Positions 8,578 through 20,934 of a stretch of 64,000 nucleotides of DNA are shown here, piece after piece; the stretch's first letter is position 1, and the number at the start of each line of letters is the position of its first letter. Location of the stretch: positions 64,001 through 128,000 of the forward strand of contig CAWVRN010000002.1 in NCBI GenBank assembly GCA_963932905.1. The letters run 5' to 3'. The stretch is from an uncultured Bdellovibrio sp. GTDB taxonomy: Bacteria > Bdellovibrionota > Bdellovibrionia > Bdellovibrionales > Bdellovibrionaceae. Made by a program: the position numbers and the translations under genes. The notes under the pieces were generated by a model that saw only the letters and a program-made list of their open reading frames with translations, searched no databases and had not been told where the DNA came from.

Positions 8578-9978
8578 ATGAAAATACTTTTATTTTTAAT
8601 CACAGCAGCTCAACTTGTACTCGCAAATCAAATCGACTGGAACGGTGGCTATCGTTTTGAATATCTATCAATCGATCGCCCAAGTTTAGCAACGCCTTAT
8701 CAACGCAAAGAATATGGAATGCATTTTCTATATTTGTCTCCGCGCTTGATTGTTTCTGACGGTATCCAAGTTGTAACACGTTTCGATGTTATGGGTGATG
8801 GCGGTTCAAGTTACAATTCCTACCTAGGCACAGTTTGGGGACAAGGTAACACAGATGCGGCAAGACCCAGTTCCAAATCAAATACGATGGGTCGCAACTC
8901 GACAAGTTCGATGATCCGCGCTTCACAAATGTATTTCAATTTGAGCCAAGAAAATGCGTCGTTGATCGTTGGTCGCGCCCCATTTGATTTCGGTATCGGT
9001 ATGAGCTACAGCGTGGGCAACGGTTTGTTTGATCACTGGAATAGCAATCGCGATCAAGTGTCCTACAAAATGTTAGTCGACAACATGGTATTAATGCCGT
9101 TTATCTCTAGACACTATGATGATGGGTATGCGCAAGGCAGCCTGGTGCAAGACGAAGGTTTCCTTGTTCTGTACGATAACAAACAAACAGGTAACCAAAT
9201 CGGCGTGATGTTAGAGCGTCGTAAAGCTAGCTTAGCTTCAAATGATATCCCAGTAGGTAATACAACAACTAATCCCAGCGCAATTGGCGATGCGGTTCAA
9301 GGTGATATGAGCGTCCAAAAAACGAATTTCATCCTTGGTAAAGATTGGGATTCATTCAGTTTCCGTTTAGAAGCTGGATTTAATTCTGGCGATCTTGGTA
9401 TCGTTAAGAACGGACAAAATGTAAAATCAACTGGTTATGGTATCGCATCTGAATGGAATTTCAAAAATGCATCTAGCTGGAACTATACAATCAAAACGGG
9501 TGTTGCCAGCGGCGACAATCCAGACACTACAGATTACGAGGGCTTTCAATTTGATCGTAACTATGACGTTGCATTCATGATGTTCAATCATCGTTTGGGA
9601 ACTTACGATGTATTAAGGTCGGCAGTGATTCGTGACACTGTTAATTTGAATGTTGGCAACAGCCCAGATGACGAAGCGATCAGCAATGCATTTTACTTTG
9701 CTCCTGTTGTGAAGTATCGCTGGAATGATAAATTAGATTTGAATCAAACATTTGCATGGGCTCAGTTAATGGTGAGTCCGTTTGCTGGTGGTAAAGGATC
9801 TAAAGAATTGGGTTTTGAGTATGATATTGAGTTGAACTACAAAATTCGCGAAAAAGTTATGTGGTCAAATCAGTTAGGTTTCTTATTCCCAGGCGCTGCG
9901 TTTAAATCCGAAACTGTTCCTGGTTCAGAAAATAATTTCACGTTCGGTTTCGCGACTAAAATCGGTCTACAATTCTAA
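8578..9978 (+). CDS. Outer-membrane beta-barrel protein
   Basis: Signal peptide, alternating amphipathic strands rich in aromatics and Gly, C-terminal Phe (KIGLQF). Confidence 0.65.
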   Translation: MKILLFLITAAQLVLANQIDWNGGYRFEYLSIDRPSLATPYQRKEYGMHFLYLSPRLIVSDGIQVVTRFDVMGDGGSSYNSYLGTVWGQGNTDAARPSSKSNTMGRNSTSSMIRASQMYFNLSQENASLIVGRAPFDFGIGMSYSVGNGLFDHWNSNRDQVSYKMLVDNMVLMPFISRHYDDGYAQGSLVQDEGFLVLYDNKQTGNQIGVMLERRKASLASNDIPVGNTTTNPSAIGDAVQGDMSVQKTNFILGKDWDSFSFRLEAGFNSGDLGIVKNGQNVKSTGYGIASEWNFKNASSWNYTIKTGVASGDNPDTTDYEGFQFDRNYDVAFMMFNHRLGTYDVLRSAVIRDTVNLNVGNSPDDEAISNAFYFAPVVKYRWNDKLDLNQTFAWAQLMVSPFAGGKGSKELGFEYDIELNYKIREKVMWSNQLGFLFPGAAFKSETVPGSENNFTFGFATKIGLQF

Positions 9979-10005
9979 TTTAGTCTGTCCCAGAAAATCC
10001 AAAAC

Positions 10006-10028
10006 CCAAATCCGTCATGGATTTGGGG
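10006..10028. terminator. Hairpin between convergent genes
   Basis: CCCAAATCC-GTCAT-GGATTTGGG. Confidence 0.55.
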
Positions 10029-10061
10029 GAGGACTAAATCAATTAATAAATCTTATAAATA

Positions 10062-11696
10062 TTATTGGCCGCGAGATCCTCTAGATCCCGATCCGGACGA
10101 CAATACTTGGCGAACCAGAGCTGCCGCTCCAGAGTTACTGACGGAGCCACTTGAGACATTTCCGCGCATTCCACGAGCCGCGTTTGTAACTCCGGTTAAT
10201 GAAGAATCCAAAGAATTAACACCCATTTCAAGAATTCTTGGGTTGTTGATAAATTCCTTTAAGATCGCGGCTCTGAAGCTATCCATTTCGCGAGAAATTT
10301 CGCGTGATGAATCGCTGTCGATTAAACCATTACGACGTGCGAAGCTTAAGCTGTCGCTAGTAGTAGAGTATAGTTCGGTGTTAAGCGTTCTTAGTAAACC
10401 GAAGTTTTCTAGGAAGCTTGCAAGTGATGCTTGAGCTTTGGGATAATCCTGAGCTTTTGCGTAGTCGTTTCTTGCCGTTAAGCTTTCTAAAGCATCACGT
10501 TTTTGTTCTTCTAAAGACTCTTTGTATAGAGCGGAAACTGCTTTACGAGTATCGCTGTAAGAACCGTCGATATCGCGTAACAATGACTTAATTAAGTCTT
10601 TAGCCGAATTTCTATCTTCGCGTGCTTGTCGTTTTTCGCTTAAAAGATCAGAATTGATATCTTCTAGTTCAAGACGTTGCTCAAAAGCGGACGTGCCTTC
10701 GACTGATTTGATATCAAATTTATGGGTTAACATTTCTTTAATACCGTCGCGGATTTCTTCGTTGAAAAATGTTTCAGCATCGCCGTCAGTGACAAAGCGT
10801 TCTTTTTTGTTACCGTCTTTGTCTTTTTTAACTTTTTTCTTGTCTGCTTTTAGAAGTCTTACGAATTCTTTTGCTTTACATTCGGTTTCAAGGCGACCTT
10901 CGCTTAGGTGTTTGCAGCGTTGGTGAACTTTAGCTTTTAAAAAAATATAGCCTTTAGAAACTTCCTCTTTGTCATCATCGTCATCATTAGACGCAGTTTT
11001 GCTGCCTTTTTTACGAGTGATGTCTTTAGGAATTAATTCTTCTCTAATTTTAGTTTTAATTTTATCGATGTTTTGGCCTTCTGCTGCCGGGAAAATTTCA
11101 ATCCGAGCTTCTTTACCGCACTCACCTTTGCAATCGCTGCCTTCTGGTTTTTCAGAATAGATAGCGCGTGTTTCGCCGTTAGCCATGATAATAGATACTT
11201 TATAATCGTGTCCATCTACATGCACTGTGTAGTCTTCGAACGCGGGCGGAGATGATGCGCGACCAGTTGATTCTGGGCCGTTGCCGCGAGATTTAACTGT
11301 AGCCGAAGCTGTTGCCACCGCGGGAGCCGTTAAGGGCTGTGGAGATGACACTGTAGCTGAGGCAGGAGTCACAGTCTGAGTTGTAGACGTTGAGCCGGAT
11401 TCTTGAGTTTGAGTGGGAGGCGTTTTTTTAGCGGCCTCTTCTGCGCGAGCCGCTTCGGCTGCTGCAGCAGTGTCAGTCGGAGTCACCGTAGCGCCTTCTT
11501 TTGCGCGACCTGCTTTAATCGCATCAGCTTTAGCTTTTAAGTTAGCTTCCGCTTCTGCAGATGGTTTAGTAGGCGAGGCAAGGGTTGCCGACAAATTGGT
11601 GTGACCTTCGAGTTTGTTATCTGTGCCTGACACTGAAAATCCCAGTGCCGCGAATAGTGTTCCGTACAGGAACCACTGTTTAGTTTGCGTTTTCAT
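10062..11696 (-). CDS. Hypothetical secreted protein with Ala/Thr/Pro-rich linker
   Basis: Signal-like N-terminus, low-complexity segment, charged helical C-terminal half, GGAGG RBS. Confidence 0.7.
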   Translation of the reverse strand: MKTQTKQWFLYGTLFAALGFSVSGTDNKLEGHTNLSATLASPTKPSAEAEANLKAKADAIKAGRAKEGATVTPTDTAAAAEAARAEEAAKKTPPTQTQESGSTSTTQTVTPASATVSSPQPLTAPAVATASATVKSRGNGPESTGRASSPPAFEDYTVHVDGHDYKVSIIMANGETRAIYSEKPEGSDCKGECGKEARIEIFPAAEGQNIDKIKTKIREELIPKDITRKKGSKTASNDDDDDKEEVSKGYIFLKAKVHQRCKHLSEGRLETECKAKEFVRLLKADKKKVKKDKDGNKKERFVTDGDAETFFNEEIRDGIKEMLTHKFDIKSVEGTSAFEQRLELEDINSDLLSEKRQAREDRNSAKDLIKSLLRDIDGSYSDTRKAVSALYKESLEEQKRDALESLTARNDYAKAQDYPKAQASLASFLENFGLLRTLNTELYSTTSDSLSFARRNGLIDSDSSREISREMDSFRAAILKEFINNPRILEMGVNSLDSSLTGVTNAARGMRGNVSSGSVSNSGAAALVRQVLSSGSGSRGSRGQ

Positions 11697-11758
11697 AAAT
11701 ATCCTCCATTATAGCGAGCCATCCCGGCCCTAATTTTTCTTTATCCAACTAAAGAAAT

Positions 11759-11774
11759 TGCAAGCCGATGACCA
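11759..11774 (-). promoter_or_regulatory. Putative sigma54 promoter
   Basis: Minus strand TGGTCATCGGCTTGCA (GG-N10-GC, TTGCA); IHF-like TAACTCGTTGAAA at 11810-11822. Confidence 0.65.
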
Positions 11775-11953
11775 AAAGGCCGTCGTGCTAACCCGTGGGG
11801 AATTAGGCCTAACTCGTTGAAATTGATAAATTATTTGAAGATTTTTTTGAGCGTATCAGTATGAAACGCTGTCAAACATTTGGTGTCTCAGCCTGAGAAA
11901 ATAAAAATTACCGAGGATTTTCAATAGCTTGACTTAAAAGGTACAAACTAAGT

Positions 11954-13183
11954 ATGAGTCATAAAATGCCTCTGTTTAAATACGAAAAGAATCCCACCAT
12001 TCCAGCTCATTTACTGGCTCGCGATTTACCCATCACAGAAACAGATTGGCTGAATCCTCAGTGGCAGATGCAGAACTCTTTAAGGGGGTTGGCAGATTAT
12101 CAGCGCTATTTCGATTTGGTTGAAGATGAATCTAGCGTGTTTCAAGAATCTTCAGATCTATTTAATATCCGGTGTACACCATACTATGCGGCCCTTGCGC
12201 AAAATAAACCTCATCATCCTATTCGTAAAATCTTGATGCCAAATCGGAAAGAATTAACATCGGCTAATCAAGAAATGTTAGATCCTTTGGGCGAAAAGAA
12301 AAATCAAAAATCTAAACGCTTAATTCATCGCTATTCAGATCGTGTGTTGTTATTGATCACCGATTTCTGCAGTGTCTATTGCCGCTACTGCACGCGCAAA
12401 CACTTTACTGGCCAAGACCAGGCGCTAGCCAAGAAAGAAGAACTAGATGAAGCTTTAGCCTACATCAAGGCTCATCCCGGAATCAAAGAAGTGATTCTAT
12501 CAGGTGGTGATCCGTTAACATTATCAGATGCGGTGCTTGATCGAGTGCTTTTTGAAATCAGAAAAATCGAACACGTAGAAATTATCCGCATCGGATCGCG
12601 TATGCCGGTAGTGTGTCCTCAAAGAATCACCGAAGACTTATGCAAAATATTTAAGAAATATAAACCGGTGTATTTCATGAACCATTTCAACCATCCAAAA
12701 GAAATCACAGAACTTGCGGCTGAAAAGCTAGAGATGATTGTGGATCACGGTGTGCCGTCGTTCAACCAGATGGTTTTGTTAAACGGCGTGAACAATCACG
12801 AAGCGATCGTACAAGCGTTATCACGAAGAATGCTCTACTTACGAGTCAAGCCGTACTACATGTTCCAATGTGATCCTTCGCGAGGCACGGATTACTTAAG
12901 AACTAGCATCACGAATTCACTGAAGATCCAAAAAAATCTGTGGGGTCATCTGTCCGGCCTAGCGATGCCAAACCTAGCCATCGACATCCCCGACGGCGGC
13001 GGCAAAACGTACTACACCCCAAACTTTGAAGTCGCCCGCACGGAAAACACAATTCACTACAAGGGTTGGGACGGCGTAGAAGGCAAATACATAAGCCCCC
13101 CCGAGAGCGACATCATAACCCCCATCGACGCCGAAGACTACTTCCCCGAATGGCAATCCATCCAAAACAAAGGTACCTCCTAA
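11954..13183 (+). CDS. kamA: KamA-family radical SAM aminomutase (lysine 2,3-aminomutase-like)
   Basis: DPLGE, LIHRY, CSVYCRYCTRK, LSGGDPL, HFNHP, PYYMFQCD and PDGGGK (PLP lysine motif). Confidence 0.85.
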   Translation: MSHKMPLFKYEKNPTIPAHLLARDLPITETDWLNPQWQMQNSLRGLADYQRYFDLVEDESSVFQESSDLFNIRCTPYYAALAQNKPHHPIRKILMPNRKELTSANQEMLDPLGEKKNQKSKRLIHRYSDRVLLLITDFCSVYCRYCTRKHFTGQDQALAKKEELDEALAYIKAHPGIKEVILSGGDPLTLSDAVLDRVLFEIRKIEHVEIIRIGSRMPVVCPQRITEDLCKIFKKYKPVYFMNHFNHPKEITELAAEKLEMIVDHGVPSFNQMVLLNGVNNHEAIVQALSRRMLYLRVKPYYMFQCDPSRGTDYLRTSITNSLKIQKNLWGHLSGLAMPNLAIDIPDGGGKTYYTPNFEVARTENTIHYKGWDGVEGKYISPPESDIITPIDAEDYFPEWQSIQNKGTS

Positions 13184-13277
13184 CATTCTGGTACCCACAG
13201 CGTTAAACGCTGTTGATTTCAGAAGGTCATGAGCTGGATTTTTTGATGCGGCGGGTACCAGAATGTTAGGAGGTACC
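13172..13277. repeat. REP/MITE-like element with 25-bp perfect terminal inverted repeats
   Basis: GGTACCTCCTAACATTCTGGTACCC (13172-13196) and its exact reverse complement (13253-13277); internal hairpin ACAGCGT-TAA-ACGCTGT. Confidence 0.8.
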
Positions 13278-13281
13278 CCCG

Positions 13282-15279
<1,998 letters not shown>

Positions 15280-15287
15280 TTGCAGTC

Positions 15288-17075
15288 CTACTTTTTAATA
15301 TAAACTTTTAAATCCACGCGGCGATTTTTAGCTCGGCCGGCATCAGTTTTATTCGTAGCGATTGGACGGGCTTCCCCGAAACCAATGGCCGTGATCTGAT
15401 TATCGCGAATATCCAAATTATCAAGCAAATTGTTCTTAATCGTTTTAGCCCGACGCTCACTTAGGTTTTGATTGTAGTCGTCAGAACCCATTGAATCCGT
15501 GTGGCCTTCGATAATCAATGATTTGATGTTTAAATCAAATAGCGTTGAAATGATTTTTTCGATCTCTTTCTTAGAATTCTTAGTCAGTGTGTCGCGGTCA
15601 AAATCAAACTCTAAGTTTTTCAAACGAATCAATTTATCTGGTTTAGGGATTTCTTTGACTTTAACAGTCGCTTTAGCAGAGCGCCCCACGCTATCCACAA
15701 CTTCGACAGTTACGTTCTGTGATTCTAATGGCGCTTTAAACAAACCATTCTGACTGATTGTTCCTGATCCATCAATCACGCCATAACGGAACGGAGCCTT
15801 GCCACCAACTGCGCGGAACTGAATCGTTTGGCCTTCAAATAAATCGGCATGCTGAGGACGGATACCTAAATCACCCGCAAATTCACTGGGCGCTTTGTAC
15901 GTTACAAGTGCCGTTGTCGTTTGTCCTAAAGAATCTTTAAATTCAATTTCGCTGGCGCCCGGTTTTTCAGGTGATAAGAAATCGCAGTACTTACCGATGA
16001 ATTGTCCGTCGCCGCTTAAGATTTCGCACTGATACGGCGCTTTTCCACCGATGAATTCAAAACTGACTTGCTCCCCAACCACAACTGTAGAGTCTTCTGG
16101 AGTTACACGAAATCCAGTCGGGGATACACGCGGTTGAGCTTTGCGAGCCACCGGTGCCGGAGTCGATGCTTCCGAGCTAGCCGGTTTCCAGTACCATACA
16201 AGACCCGCGAACACGCGCCAAGCGGGAGCTAATGAATCGACGCCTGGTTCGATCGTTGCGCCCCAATCAAAATTGGTATTTTTCCACCAACGATGTTTTA
16301 GACCTAACAATAAATCTAAAGACGAAGCATCGTCTGCACGCTCGTAAGGTTTTTTCTCTAAAGGATAGCTGAAGATAGTTTCAAATACCCAGCGACTTGT
16401 TTCTGTGAATTCATTTGAATACCCATAGGACATCGTCAACTGATCATCTAAAGGAAACATGCGTTGAGTCGGTGGGCGTTCGCTAGGTTCGCGAACACGA
16501 ACACCGGCGTTGATACCGTGAACGGCTTTGTCATTTCTGTGAGTGAATGCTAATTCAAAATTGAAAATCGGTTTCGGACTAACGCCCGTATAGGGACTGT
16601 CGACTAAAGATGGAATATCCACCGAAGCCACCATCGCCCATGACGGAATTTCCGCATCACCGAAGGAATACTTTACGCCAGGACGTAAAGAGTGAACCCC
16701 TTTGTCGATATTAATTTTAATACCTTCTTTAGTTTCTGAATTGAAGTACCACAAGAATGGCGCTTGCAAAAACGCCGATAGATTTTTAGTAAATCCATAA
16801 CCGATAGAAAAATCATATTCGGCTAATTCATTCGCGTAGGACATTTTCGTTTGTGTGTTGATATCTTTAAATACCAACAAGTGGTCTTTAGCGAAATTCA
16901 AATACTGAGATAGAACTAAGTAATCACCATACAGCGGACGCGATGAATGGACGGTAATAAAATCAAGACCATCTGAATTAGGAACAAACGTTTGCATATC
17001 TCCTAAAACATTAGGAAATGCGTGTGTCGAAATTAGAAGTGGCAACAAGATAATCTTAAAAATCCATTTCTTCAT
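15288..17075 (-). CDS. OmpA-family outer-membrane protein with N-terminal barrel-like region and two Ig-like repeats
   Basis: C-terminal FDFD...IEGHTDSMG...NQNLSERRA...GFGEARPIATN...NRRV; two GGKAP(Y/F) repeats. Confidence 0.85.
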   Translation of the reverse strand: MKKWIFKIILLPLLISTHAFPNVLGDMQTFVPNSDGLDFITVHSSRPLYGDYLVLSQYLNFAKDHLLVFKDINTQTKMSYANELAEYDFSIGYGFTKNLSAFLQAPFLWYFNSETKEGIKINIDKGVHSLRPGVKYSFGDAEIPSWAMVASVDIPSLVDSPYTGVSPKPIFNFELAFTHRNDKAVHGINAGVRVREPSERPPTQRMFPLDDQLTMSYGYSNEFTETSRWVFETIFSYPLEKKPYERADDASSLDLLLGLKHRWWKNTNFDWGATIEPGVDSLAPAWRVFAGLVWYWKPASSEASTPAPVARKAQPRVSPTGFRVTPEDSTVVVGEQVSFEFIGGKAPYQCEILSGDGQFIGKYCDFLSPEKPGASEIEFKDSLGQTTTALVTYKAPSEFAGDLGIRPQHADLFEGQTIQFRAVGGKAPFRYGVIDGSGTISQNGLFKAPLESQNVTVEVVDSVGRSAKATVKVKEIPKPDKLIRLKNLEFDFDRDTLTKNSKKEIEKIISTLFDLNIKSLIIEGHTDSMGSDDYNQNLSERRAKTIKNNLLDNLDIRDNQITAIGFGEARPIATNKTDAGRAKNRRVDLKVYIKK

Positions 17076-17220
17076 ATCAGATCCTTTTTTGCGGGTAAAA
17101 GTTCGTGCTCAGTCTACGTTGAAATCCATAACGAAAGCAAATGGTTAAATCATTTTAATGGGTACGGTTTTATGAAAAAAATTATTCATCTGTGGCGCGC
17201 AATTCGCAATAGACAGTAGG

Positions 17221-17772
17221 GTGAATTCTAGTTACTTTGCGATACAGAATATGGAAAAAAATCAGCCCAGTTTGCGGCCAAGCTTAATACTGAAAATAGC
17301 GGAAATAGTTTCGACATGGTTTTACGTGGGCAAAATTCGCTTTGCTCCGGGAACGTGGGGGACTTTGGCAACTGTTCCCTTTGTTGTCGCATTCCAATCA
17401 TTTGGATCTATCTTATATATGGTCTGCGCATTCCTCATTCTGCTTGCGGGAATTGTTTTTTCCGATCTCTATGAAAAATCTAAAGGCGATCATGACCTGT
17501 CTGAAATTGTCATTGATGAAGTCGCGGGCTATTTGATCGCGATGACGATGCTGCCGATGACTTGGCAGGCGCTGACGGCCGGGTTCATCATTTTTAGATT
17601 CTTCGACATTTTAAAGCCGTTTCCGATTAGTTGGTTAGATCGAAAAATAAACGGTGGGCTGGGCGTAATGGTAGATGATGTGGCTGCTGGCGTAGTTACA
17701 AATGCCATTCTTCAGTTTTTGTACGCAAATACAGCTTGGTTGGGTGTTCAGCTCATTCAAATCAACACCTGA
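17221..17772 (+). CDS. pgpA: Phosphatidylglycerophosphatase A
   Basis: APGTWGT, EIVIDEVAG, FRFFDILKPFPI, GGLGVMVDDVAAG. Confidence 0.92.
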   Translation: MNSSYFAIQNMEKNQPSLRPSLILKIAEIVSTWFYVGKIRFAPGTWGTLATVPFVVAFQSFGSILYMVCAFLILLAGIVFSDLYEKSKGDHDLSEIVIDEVAGYLIAMTMLPMTWQALTAGFIIFRFFDILKPFPISWLDRKINGGLGVMVDDVAAGVVTNAILQFLYANTAWLGVQLIQINT

Positions 17773-17834
17773 GGGCCGATTGACCGATTTGTGGGCTAGT
17801 TTTTTATGCCTCAAAGCAACAAAGAGATTTTTTT

Positions 17835-18320
17835 ATGGACACATTTACATATAAATTACACACTCTATTTAAGCAACTACGCCGTACCAAATCGGTGATT
17901 GGTTTTGCTGAAAGCTGCACCGGTGGCAAGCTTTCAGCAAAACTGACAGAGAACCCCGGAGTCTCTGACATCTTTATGGGATCGGTAGTTTGTTATGCCA
18001 ATTCGGCGAAGGAAGATATTCTAGGCGTTCTTCGCGATTCAATTGAAAAAGAAGGCGCGGTCAGCGAGACCGTGGCTTTACAAATGGCCAAAGGCGCTCA
18101 ACGAGTTCTTAAAACAACTTGGGCGGCTGCTATTACAGGTATAGCTGGCCCGGACGGAGGAACGAAAACTAAACCTGTCGGCACCGTATGTTTTGGAATC
18201 GTAGGACCGAGCGTTGAATACACGGAAAGAAAGTTGTTTACAGGCTCAAGGGTTCAGATACAAGAACAGTCAGCGGAGCACGCATTAGAACTGTTAAATA
18301 AGCATCTAGAGCGGGTTTAG
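17835..18320 (+). CDS. cinA: CinA C-terminal domain protein (PncC / NMN deamidase)
   Basis: FAESCTGG, GAVSETVALQMAKG, ITGIAGPDGG...KPVGTVCF. Confidence 0.9.
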   Translation: MDTFTYKLHTLFKQLRRTKSVIGFAESCTGGKLSAKLTENPGVSDIFMGSVVCYANSAKEDILGVLRDSIEKEGAVSETVALQMAKGAQRVLKTTWAAAITGIAGPDGGTKTKPVGTVCFGIVGPSVEYTERKLFTGSRVQIQEQSAEHALELLNKHLERV

Positions 18321-18434
18321 CGGACGCTTTAGAGTGCTAGTAAAGATCGCTAGAACACAACTTTAAACTTAATTTTGGTATTAACTTAAATAACTAAATA
18401 AAAAACTCAAGCGGAGTTAAGGAAAGGCAAGAAC

Positions 18435-19592
18435 ATGGCTACAAATACAGAAAAAGACACAAAAGCTCAGGGCGAAAAACTAAAAGCATTAGAGCTAGCA
18501 GTTTCTTCAATCGAAAAGCAATTCGGCAAAGGTTCAATCATGAGATTGAACGTAAATGAACCTCTACATAAAGATGTAGAAGCTATCAGTACAGGCGCAT
18601 TAAGCCTAGATATCGCTCTTGGTATCGGCGGTCTTCCTAAAGGTCGTATCGTAGAAGTGTACGGACCGGAATCATCGGGTAAAACCACAATCGCATTATC
18701 AACTATCGCTCAAGCTCAGAAAAAAGGCGGCGTGGTTGCCTTTATCGATGCGGAGCATGCATTAGACGTAAATTACGCTCGTAGATTGGGCGTAAACACG
18801 GAAGATCTTTTAATCTCTCAACCAGACACAGGTGAACAAGCTCTTGAAATCGCTGAAACACTAGTGCGTTCTGGCGCGATCGACGTGATCGTAATCGACT
18901 CCGTAGCGGCACTTGTGCCTCGCGCGGAAATCGAAGGTGAAATGGGTGATAGTCACATGGGTCTACAAGCTCGTTTGATGTCACAGGCTCTTAGAAAGTT
19001 AACTGCGGCGATTAGCCGTTCCAATACATTGATGATCTTCATCAACCAAATCCGTATGAAAATCGGTGTTATGTTCGGTAACCCGGAAACAACAACGGGT
19101 GGTAACGCTCTAAAATTCTACGCGTCGGTTCGTATGGATGTACGCCGTGTGGGTGCGATCAAAGACGGTGAAGAAGTGACGGGAAATAGAACGGCCGTTA
19201 AGATTGTGAAAAACAAAATGGCGGCTCCGTTTACTAAAACTGAATTCGATCTAATGTACAATGAAGGTATTTCTGCAGAAGGTGATATCTTGGATCTAGC
19301 GGTAACAGCGAACTTGGTTGAAAAATCAGGCGCATGGTTCAGCTACAAAGGCGAGCGTATGGGACAAGGTCGCGATCAAGCGAAATCGTTCTTGAAAGCT
19401 AATCCACAAATTCAAGCTACATTACGCACACAAATTCTTTCTATGAAAGGTATCGGTCAATTACTAGTTGATGCTGACACAAAAGCAGCGGCAACCGTTG
19501 AAGAAGCAGAAGAAACTCCGGAAGTTGAAATCACAACAGCGGATAAAGAGGCTGCTAAAGATGCAAAAAACAAAAAGAAAGCAAAACACTAA
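18435..19592 (+). CDS. recA: Recombinase RecA
   Basis: [53 protein letters not shown]. Confidence 0.99.
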   Translation: MATNTEKDTKAQGEKLKALELAVSSIEKQFGKGSIMRLNVNEPLHKDVEAISTGALSLDIALGIGGLPKGRIVEVYGPESSGKTTIALSTIAQAQKKGGVVAFIDAEHALDVNYARRLGVNTEDLLISQPDTGEQALEIAETLVRSGAIDVIVIDSVAALVPRAEIEGEMGDSHMGLQARLMSQALRKLTAAISRSNTLMIFINQIRMKIGVMFGNPETTTGGNALKFYASVRMDVRRVGAIKDGEEVTGNRTAVKIVKNKMAAPFTKTEFDLMYNEGISAEGDILDLAVTANLVEKSGAWFSYKGERMGQGRDQAKSFLKANPQIQATLRTQILSMKGIGQLLVDADTKAAATVEEAEETPEVEITTADKEAAKDAKNKKKAKH

Positions 19593-19631
19593 TTAAGATT
19601 CCTTAATGGTGATGCATAAAATGTTTTAATT

Positions 19632-19660
19632 AAAAGAGGAACCGCGGTTCCTCTTTTTTT
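19632..19660 (+). terminator. Rho-independent terminator of recA
   Basis: AAAAGAGGAACC-GC-GGTTCCTCTTTTTTT. Confidence 0.85.
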
Positions 19661-19749
19661 ATGGTTAAAACTCACTGGACCTAAATAGAGACGAGACCAC
19701 AGATTGATGCCCTGACCATTTTTTTAGTAGTAGGCTAGAATGATAGAAA

Positions 19750-20934
19750 ATGGAAAAGTCACTACTACATCATCACCCTTATTTTGATCGTCATGAGAAG
19801 CAATTTAACAATTCTGTTTGGGATTTGGTTCGCAAAGCCAATGACGAGAAAAAAACAAAAGTCGCATTTTATCAATCGTTGAACTACATCAACAGCGATT
19901 CACATTACAATGAATCACTTTTGGAGTCTAAATCGCTGCGGGTGATGCAAGGGGGACGTCCTGTTGATATCATCTGGGATGATAGCAAAATATTTTTTGA
20001 AACAACGTTACTGAATTACAAAGATGGAACGGAACTCGCTTCCTTGCGTAAGCTCAGTGAGTTTAGTTTTTTTGATTTAAAATTGGTTCAGCTAAAAATT
20101 CGTAATGATAAAATTATTCTTAAATATGAAGATCAGTGGGAAGCTATGGACCCGTACAAGTTTTTCGATATAATGGAAGATTTGTGTAATTTTGGCGACT
20201 TTTTAGAATCCTACATGGTTAAGAAATTCAAATTTGAGAGTCCTAATCAAGCGGCTCGTACGCCAGAGTCGGATAAGCGAATCGATGCTGCATGGTCATT
20301 ATTTCAGCAGCTCAGCTTAGAAACGAAAGAGTACCTAAACGATTTCGAGAAAAAGCGATACCGCGACACGTGCGTTGAGGTTTTTTGGAATTATCTGCAA
20401 AAAATAGATTATATTTTTTCGCCGCGTGGCTATCTAAAACTTGAACTTAAAAGTGCATACACCGATTTAAACCCAAATACCGGTTTTGAAACCATGTACG
20501 CGAAAATTTTCACTAATTTTAAAAAAATTAGCGAAATTACTAAAGAGAACTTTCAATCTAGTTTCTACAAAGAGCCGTCGTTTATGCCAGCACGTCGGGT
20601 GGCCTATGTCGAGCGAACTAAACTGCATTTCGATGACTATTTAAAAAATGCATTTCAGTATCGCAACAAACAGGACTACATTTTGGCCTCGTTGTATTTA
20701 AACACTGCGATTTATTCCTTTTTAAATCGTTATTTTTGTGAGCCGGAGCTTGCGACTTATTTAAGAAATTTATTAGTCAGGGCTTCTGGTGTCAGCTGGA
20801 AAACGGCGTCTGAACGTCTGTACACGGGATTAGAAAAATACTTGATCAATCAGAACTTAATTTATCATGAAGCCGTCAATTTCGAGAGTGCGCTGAATAT
20901 TGTTATCGGCTGGTTTAAAAGGATTTCACGCTGA
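19750..20934 (+). CDS. Hypothetical protein coupled to the downstream protease
   Basis: 394-aa ORF with a TGATG overlap into the next gene; no recognised catalytic motif. Confidence 0.7.
   Translation: MEKSLLHHHPYFDRHEKQFNNSVWDLVRKANDEKKTKVAFYQSLNYINSDSHYNESLLESKSLRVMQGGRPVDIIWDDSKIFFETTLLNYKDGTELASLRKLSEFSFFDLKLVQLKIRNDKIILKYEDQWEAMDPYKFFDIMEDLCNFGDFLESYMVKKFKFESPNQAARTPESDKRIDAAWSLFQQLSLETKEYLNDFEKKRYRDTCVEVFWNYLQKIDYIFSPRGYLKLELKSAYTDLNPNTGFETMYAKIFTNFKKISEITKENFQSSFYKEPSFMPARRVAYVERTKLHFDDYLKNAFQYRNKQDYILASLYLNTAIYSFLNRYFCEPELATYLRNLLVRASGVSWKTASERLYTGLEKYLINQNLIYHEAVNFESALNIVIGWFKRISR

Noticed and set aside
18321..18434. LexA/SOS box upstream of recA
   Set aside because: No convincing palindrome matching a LexA consensus known to me; recA may be read from the pgpA-cinA operon.
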